In this document: positions 53,628 to 60,000 of the stretch, piece after piece | Numbering within the stretch: the stretch's first letter is position 1 | Layout: every line of letters begins with the position of its first letter | Source of the DNA: Lytechinus pictus | Taxonomy: Eukaryota | Assembly (NCBI RefSeq): GCF_037042905.1 | Contig: NC_087252.1 | Coordinates: 11,844,001 to 11,904,000 of the forward strand | Direction: 5' to 3' | DNA length: 60,000 nucleotides | Position numbers and translations under genes: made by a program | Notes under the pieces: model-generated | Told to the model about the DNA's origin: nothing | What the model saw: the letters and a program-made list of their open reading frames with translations, nothing else | Databases searched by the model: none

Positions 53628-53975
53628 CTGGTAGTAATGGTGTTACGTGCATACTCGTTGATACTGCAGTAAAGGGAAATACCGTTTGGCGAACAGAACA
53701 TTTGTAATGGCCGCCAGCATCACCAACCAGTTGTTTTATCGTAAGATTAGCACTGGAGTAGTTTGCCAATAAGCTGAACTTCCTTTGGTCTAGAACAGTA
53801 AACCTACAGGACCGATATTCCTGACAGTCGAATGTTGCGAGTGATTCACCATCCTTCCGCCATGTGATCGCCCTATCTATGGGCGGGAGTGTGGACCTGC
53901 AGACCAGTATAAAATCCTCTCCAATGACTGGAAGATATTCGCCGCTGTTGATCGACACTGTAAATCCTTTGGTTT
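53628..53975 (-). CDS. IgSF gene C V-set Ig exon
   Basis: TTGCAG/GTGCAG boundaries, 348 nt open; LPVIGEDFILVC..ITW..ANLTI..DAGGHYKC. Confidence 0.9.
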
Positions 53976-56092
53976 CTGCAAGATTGGTAGAAAATACTTT
54001 GACAACGAAGGTAAATCAGTCGGCATCATTTCTCCCGAATTAATGCAATGAACCAATTTGATTTCAGCGAGTTTGAGATGGGCATCATTATGAATTATGC
54101 ATGTATTATATTTTACTATTCAGTCTTTTATTTTATATATAAAAAATAATGCACATATCAATTTGTTTAACTAGCTATTCAATTAATAACTGATATAATA
54201 CATCAATTATTGATCAATTGGGTCATTGGTTAAATCCCCCACGAGTTTCAAGCTGGGAAGAGCATGCTCAAAGGGGAGTTGTGTATATCACCAGATAACC
54301 ACCGTTTCATAACGACATAAATATATAGATATATAGATGACGGAGATCATTTTCGTTAATAGTCAGGTCCAGATTTAAAACAAAATGTGCTCAGAAAATG
54401 TGCTTTAGGCACTTTATGTTTATGCTGGTTTATCATTTGGTAATTCAGGGGTACTGAATCCAAATATATTGTTTGCCAAACTTGATTCTGAAGTTTTTAT
54501 CCTCAAATCGGCAAAAGCAAAATGGTGGCATTTTGATTTCAGTTTCGCATATTAAAGTGTTTTTTTTATGGGTGATTATATTTCAGAAATAGGGATCTAT
54601 GTATTACTTTTTAATACCCAGGGTTGCAAAAATAATGTGTCCGATTGATTCGTCAGCCATCTTCAATTCGAATATGGCTGCCATGATTCATAGCTGGTGA
54701 TTGATAAATAATATGGCAAAATGTTCGATAATTTAGGAGCGATGCTGAAATAATCACATTGTGATATCTTTAAAGTTTCTCCATTTTTTTCCTCGCCTGC
54801 ATAGCAGATGCAAGACATGAACGTCGCTTTTTCGACGGCGGCGATGACCATGGCGGCGCAGTCAACATCAAATCTTAACCAAGGTTAAGTTTTTGAAATG
54901 TCATAACTTTTAGGTTATACATGTCTATTCTATGAAATTTAGGATTAAACAAAGTCTATTGAGACAGGTTATAGTTACAAAATGTCGTCAAGGGTACCTG
55001 GAAATCCAATAGTGTGTACAAAACGGCAGTCGTTGTACCATCAACTCCAAAAAATTAAAGTAAATTATCAAAATCAAAATCATCAAAAAAATGGAAAGGC
55101 AAATATTGAATCAGATCATGTTTAAAAGATAGTGTGTCAGAGAATCCAAGATGACCTTTCAAACTGGCGTCTATAATGGACGTTGTAACTTTGAAAAGGT
55201 CCAAATTCATATAATATCCACCTGTTAGAAATTATTTTGGGGTCCATCGAGAAAAAATAAAACGTATGAAAAAATCATGGTTTACAAGGGGAACAATTAA
55301 ATTGAAAACGTTGTAAGGCTTATCAGTGGTGCAGTTTTGCCAAAAAAAAAAATGATGGCTTATAAAATAGTTGATATTTCTTTAAAATAATGGCTGCAAA
55401 GTGCATTATACTATCTACCTCGAGACATTTTGGGGTCTTTCTCATGATTTTAAGGGGCAAAAAAAAAAGGTGAAGACGAATTACAGGGACACGCTGTTAT
55501 CTATGTTGTCAAAAAATTGAAGAACAATACAAAAATTACATTCGAATTGGCCACCATTTACACAAAATGACAACACATAATATCCCATCTAGTACCACTA
55601 TTTTGATGTCTCTATTTTTAATACTCATGTTTTTAAGACTCATAAAAATATGATTTATAAGAGTCAGCGACATAATTAGATGGCGGTTCAACAATAAATA
55701 CAATAATGAATACAATAATAACATCGTTTGAAGGAAGCAGACATGTTTTTGTTTGCTCCTACTTTTGGATACTTATTTCGGGAAATATCATATTTCTGCC
55801 AATAAATTTTACACCACCAGATAGCGGACAGTGTGCTGACTTGGACGGTGCTTATTATATACTCTTTAAGAATTATCTTTGGAGAAATTGACGAATTTCG
55901 GAAAAAAATATTCAACCTTTTTTAGCAAAAATCTGAGGATTTTGTTATTAGACGCGCACAAAAAAAACAAGTTGCCATGGAACCAGTTTCAACTTTAGGC
56001 CTACGCAGACCATAGATACGCGTCATCCTCTTGGGCTACGCGGACATCAATCTGTCTCCAATGCACTCTTTATGACGTAACAAAGATAAATA

Positions 56093-57169
56093 ATGGATGA
56101 CACATCTCATGATGGTACAGATGGAGTGGATACTTCTCAGACTCAGAACCCACAAGTAAACTGCCCAATATGCAATGAACCTGAAGACGAATACATGATA
56201 AAGTGTAACCACAAGAAATGTCAACCAAGGTATCATTTGGCATGTACAAATCTTCCAGCATACATATTATCATATATTCAACGGGTAACTGCTGCAAAGT
56301 TCATATGCCCTAACTGCGAAAAGGCTGATGAAAACGTTGTTCGTGCAATTGAGAAGCATTCCCGGAGAAGAGCAGATCATGTATCACAATCACAATCGGA
56401 TGGAGTAGCGTCAATTGTGCCCTTAATTACCAACATGGAAAAGCAAGTCGTACAATGTATCAAAAGCTTTTATTCACAACAGAATGATGACACTACTAGT
56501 AGAGATCAACTTCAGAACACCATCAGCAGCTTAAAGCAAGATAACAAAACACTGAGAGACAATATCCAAATGATGAAAGTAGAGCTTAGATTGAAAGAAA
56601 GTGAAAACGATATTAAAATGAGGGAGCAGCAACTGATGAGTAGAAACATAGAGCTGGAAGCTAAACAATCTCGCCGCTATCAGCAAATAGCTGATGACAA
56701 TAGTGAACGCCTTCGGAAAGAAATCGAACAAGTTAAAACATATTTGAAGAGAGTAAGAAAAGAAAATGAGAAACTAAAGCACGAAAATCTTAACATTAAA
56801 TTAGAGTCGAATACAACTGATGAGGAGAGGAAAGAATGGAGAGTAGCCGGCAGAAAGTATAGTGATGTAGTATCAGGCAAGATTGCCCCGATAACAACCC
56901 CCGACAAGACGAAATCGCCATCTTTCAATAGTCGTCAAGAGAACCCCACTAGAACTCAGTCTCACTCCTCAGATGAAGGAAGAAAGAGTCATTCCCCAGT
57001 TCCACATAAACATATTGTACCAGAACATGACCCAAATAAAGGAAACTATGTGCATCTTCGGCACCCAGATAACAACGATCACGTCCCTCAACGAAACCAG
57101 CGTGCAGATTCAGAGAGCACGCAACAGATATCAAAAGAAAGAAACCGCAAACGAAATAATACGCAATGA
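56093..57169 (+). CDS. LINE ORF1: PHD finger plus coiled coil
   Basis: CPIC..C..C..YHLAC..CPNC (C4HC3), then a K/E/Q-rich heptad region, directly upstream of ORF2. Confidence 0.85.
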   Translation: MDDTSHDGTDGVDTSQTQNPQVNCPICNEPEDEYMIKCNHKKCQPRYHLACTNLPAYILSYIQRVTAAKFICPNCEKADENVVRAIEKHSRRRADHVSQSQSDGVASIVPLITNMEKQVVQCIKSFYSQQNDDTTSRDQLQNTISSLKQDNKTLRDNIQMMKVELRLKESENDIKMREQQLMSRNIELEAKQSRRYQQIADDNSERLRKEIEQVKTYLKRVRKENEKLKHENLNIKLESNTTDEERKEWRVAGRKYSDVVSGKIAPITTPDKTKSPSFNSRQENPTRTQSHSSDEGRKSHSPVPHKHIVPEHDPNKGNYVHLRHPDNNDHVPQRNQRADSESTQQISKERNRKRNNTQ

Positions 57170-57696
57170 ATATTCCACCAATGAACGCTATGACAAAAGA
57201 TAAAAACAAAGATATACGGGCAGTGTTTACGGCCGACAGAGCAACGAGCTTTCACAGAACATATTAATCATAGGAAACTTTCAGATTAAACTTATAGATC
57301 CTGCCAAATTTTCGAAGAATGTCAATCTACAGAAAGTTATTAAGTATACAATTGATAAAGTAGAAGATTGGTTGCAATCAGGAAATGATCAACGTTTCGA
57401 GACTATGGACAGGTCATTTTTCCTTTTAACATTCAATATTTTTGTTGTATGATGATGGTATGGACGATTGTGGTATCTCTGGGGACGCCGAGAGATGATA
57501 ACGTAATGTTCGATAATAGAGTTCAAGTTGTGAACACCATATTAAGAAATGAGTTTAGGAACAATAGTCGTGTATAACTCGTGCATCACCAAAACCTGTT
57601 GCATAATGGAATAATAAACCAGGACCTGTATAAATTTGACAGGTATCATCTTTAGCGTCTAATTTAAGACACGCCGTTGAAAGAAAATACACAGAA

Positions 57697-60000
57697 ATGA
57701 TGAACAGGCGTGCGAGAAGAAAAATTATTATCAAACAGGGCGATAAAGGCCCTTGCCCTGGAATCTTTATTCTCACGATGGTGTTTACAAAGAAGAGGTT
57801 ATTAAAGAAGAGTTTAGATATATGTTATTGGAATGTAAATGGTATTAAAAGTAGATATGATGGTATAAGATCGATCTCAAAATTGAACACTCTGGAATTT
57901 GAGAGTTTGTCTGATAGTCATGACATCATTTGTATTTCAGAAATCAAGACCTGTCCTGCAAAGGCAGATCTACAAATCGATGGATTTACTTTGAATGCAG
58001 TCTACAGAAAACGAAATAAAAGAGCCACTCAAGACTCTGGCGGTTTAGCAGTTTACATAAGAAATGAGATAAAATCGAATATTAAAATTCTTAACATAAC
58101 ATGTAGTGAGTATCTATGGTTAAAAGTTGAAAGAGAGGCATTCAACTTAAATGAGGATCTGTTTATTTGTTTTCTATACATTAACCCAGAAAATTCGACT
58201 TATTCCTCGGAAATTGATGTGTTAGAAAAAATCAAGCAAGATATTGCAGTACACAAGAGGCAAGGCAAATGCCTACTGATGGGAAATTTTAATGGTTACA
58301 CCAGCAATGTGTCTGATCAGAATACACCACAAAAAGACAACATAGGTCGATTAATACCACAATATAGAATAGAAAATGATTTTAATATGATGGATAGAAG
58401 AAACCAGGATTGTAGACCCCCAACCAATAGGGGAAAAGATATTATGGAGTTATGTAAAATGTGTGATCTCCGAATTCTAAATGGTCGTACGTTTGGAGAC
58501 ACGGATGGAAATTTTACATGTTATGGTGCTAATGGTGCTACACCGAGCGTTATTGACTTTACACTGGCAGATAGAGATTCATATGGTCTAATCACATTCT
58601 TCCATGTATTACTTATAACGACTCATTCAGACCACTGCCCCATAGAGGTAAAGATTAGGGCAAATCATTACAGAGATATGCATAAAGATCAATGTGAAAG
58701 CAATGTTAAAGAGTTAAAGCAACCCCTATAAATTTTTAAATGGCAGGGTCGGTTTAGCAGGGAACAGATTGAAAGGGCCCCGAAAGAGCCTCAAAACAAG
58801 GACATGATTAATGCTTTGTATGAAAATAATTAAATGTTAGATGAAAACGGAATAGATACTGCGGTGAACGAGCTGACTGACTGTATTTTACACGTGGCTG
58901 GTTCAGCTGAAATACCAAGGAAAATACCAAGGAAGAAACATAATTTTCGAAGAAAATGTAAACAGTTTCAAAGTGATAGAGAAACAGAAGTACTTAGGAA
59001 AAGGGTTAAGAAATTGTGTCGGGAAGTATGTAAGAAACCATTCGATTGTCAATTGAGAAATACGTATCATACGTGTAGGAAGTTATTCAAGAAAAAACTC
59101 AAAACAAATATTAGAGAAAGCAGAGAAAATATGTTAACAAGGTTAGAAAACATGCAAAGCACTAACACAAAAGAATGGTGGAGTATAATAAATGATTTTA
59201 ATGAACTGCATACTGAAAGAAGGGATATTTCTGGAAAGATTTCACATATAGAGTGGTATACTTACTTCCGCAAATTAATAATTAAGGACTACTCACTTAC
59301 TGAGAATCAACGGGTGATTGAGGGTCAACTAAACGAACATCTGAAAAGAACCTTTAGTTCGTTGGATTTTTCTATATCATCTTCCGAAGTCATGGCATGT
59401 ATTAAAAAACGTAAACCAAAGAAAGCATTCTAAATGAAATGTTAAAAGCAGGTATATACAATTTTTCACCAGTGTTAGCAAACATTTTCAACTTGATCCT
59501 CGTCAGTGGAAACTTTCCTAAAAAATTGTCAGAAAGTTATTTTATACCATTGTACAAAGCAGGGTCTAAAACCAACCCTGCAAACTATCGAGGAATATCC
59601 CTTTCAAGCTCCATTGGAAAATTATTTTGTAGTATTCTCAATAAACATGATAAACGCCTTGTGAAATATATCATGGATAATAATAATTATGTTAATAATC
59701 AAATATGTTTCAAGGAAGGCCATCGAACATCAGATCACATATTTACATTAAAGACCATCTTAGACAAATACGTGAGAACGCATAAGATGGATGACAAGTG
59801 TCATATATATTTGTGTTTTGTCGACCTGCGAAAAGCATTCGACAGTATATGGAGGAATGGTCTGTTTTATAAAATGCTGAACTATGGAATAGGAGGCAAT
59901 TTTTATGAGATTGTAACTAATATGTATAAAAAACTAAATTTGAGTGTAAAGCTGAATGAAGGGATTACTGAAACTTTTGGAAGCAATTGTGGTGTCAAAC
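57697..60000 (+). mobile_element. LINE ORF2 (APE endonuclease and RT), disrupted, runs off the window
   Basis: YWNVNGI, ISEIK, SGGLAVY, SVIDF..SDHCP; later NYRGISL, DHIFTL, FVDLRKAFDSIW; in-frame stops and frameshifts. Confidence 0.92.

Overview
This is AT-rich, intron-containing animal DNA. Its repeat content (tRNA-derived SINEs, poly-G/C MITEs, GCGCGAAGCGCGAGC-repeat elements) suggests a sea urchin or other echinoderm, which is an inference. The window holds a tandem minus-strand cluster of three paralogous immunoglobulin-superfamily genes built from phase-1 domain exons. Gene C (about 53975-21653, leader not found) encodes V, C2, a dead I-set exon, FN3, a 4-Cys membrane-proximal domain, a TM helix and a tail with 10 tyrosines including an ITIM-consensus motif. 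Gene B (12136-8429) and gene A (5813-1585, complete with signal exon) encode V-C2-C2-C2 followed by a 32-codon FN3 stub and a shared stop. They therefore predict secreted forms, with decayed TM and cytoplasmic exons left downstream. A 196-bp palindromic MITE sits in the last coding exon of gene C and supplies splice sites that would remove it in frame (introner-like). The introns of gene C carry nested transposons: a 12.3-kb CACTA/EnSpm element, an Academ-like element with a 210-bp tandem array and SINEs, several MITEs and LINE fragments. A PHD-ORF1 LINE runs off the right end. All calls were made by eye, with no database searches.
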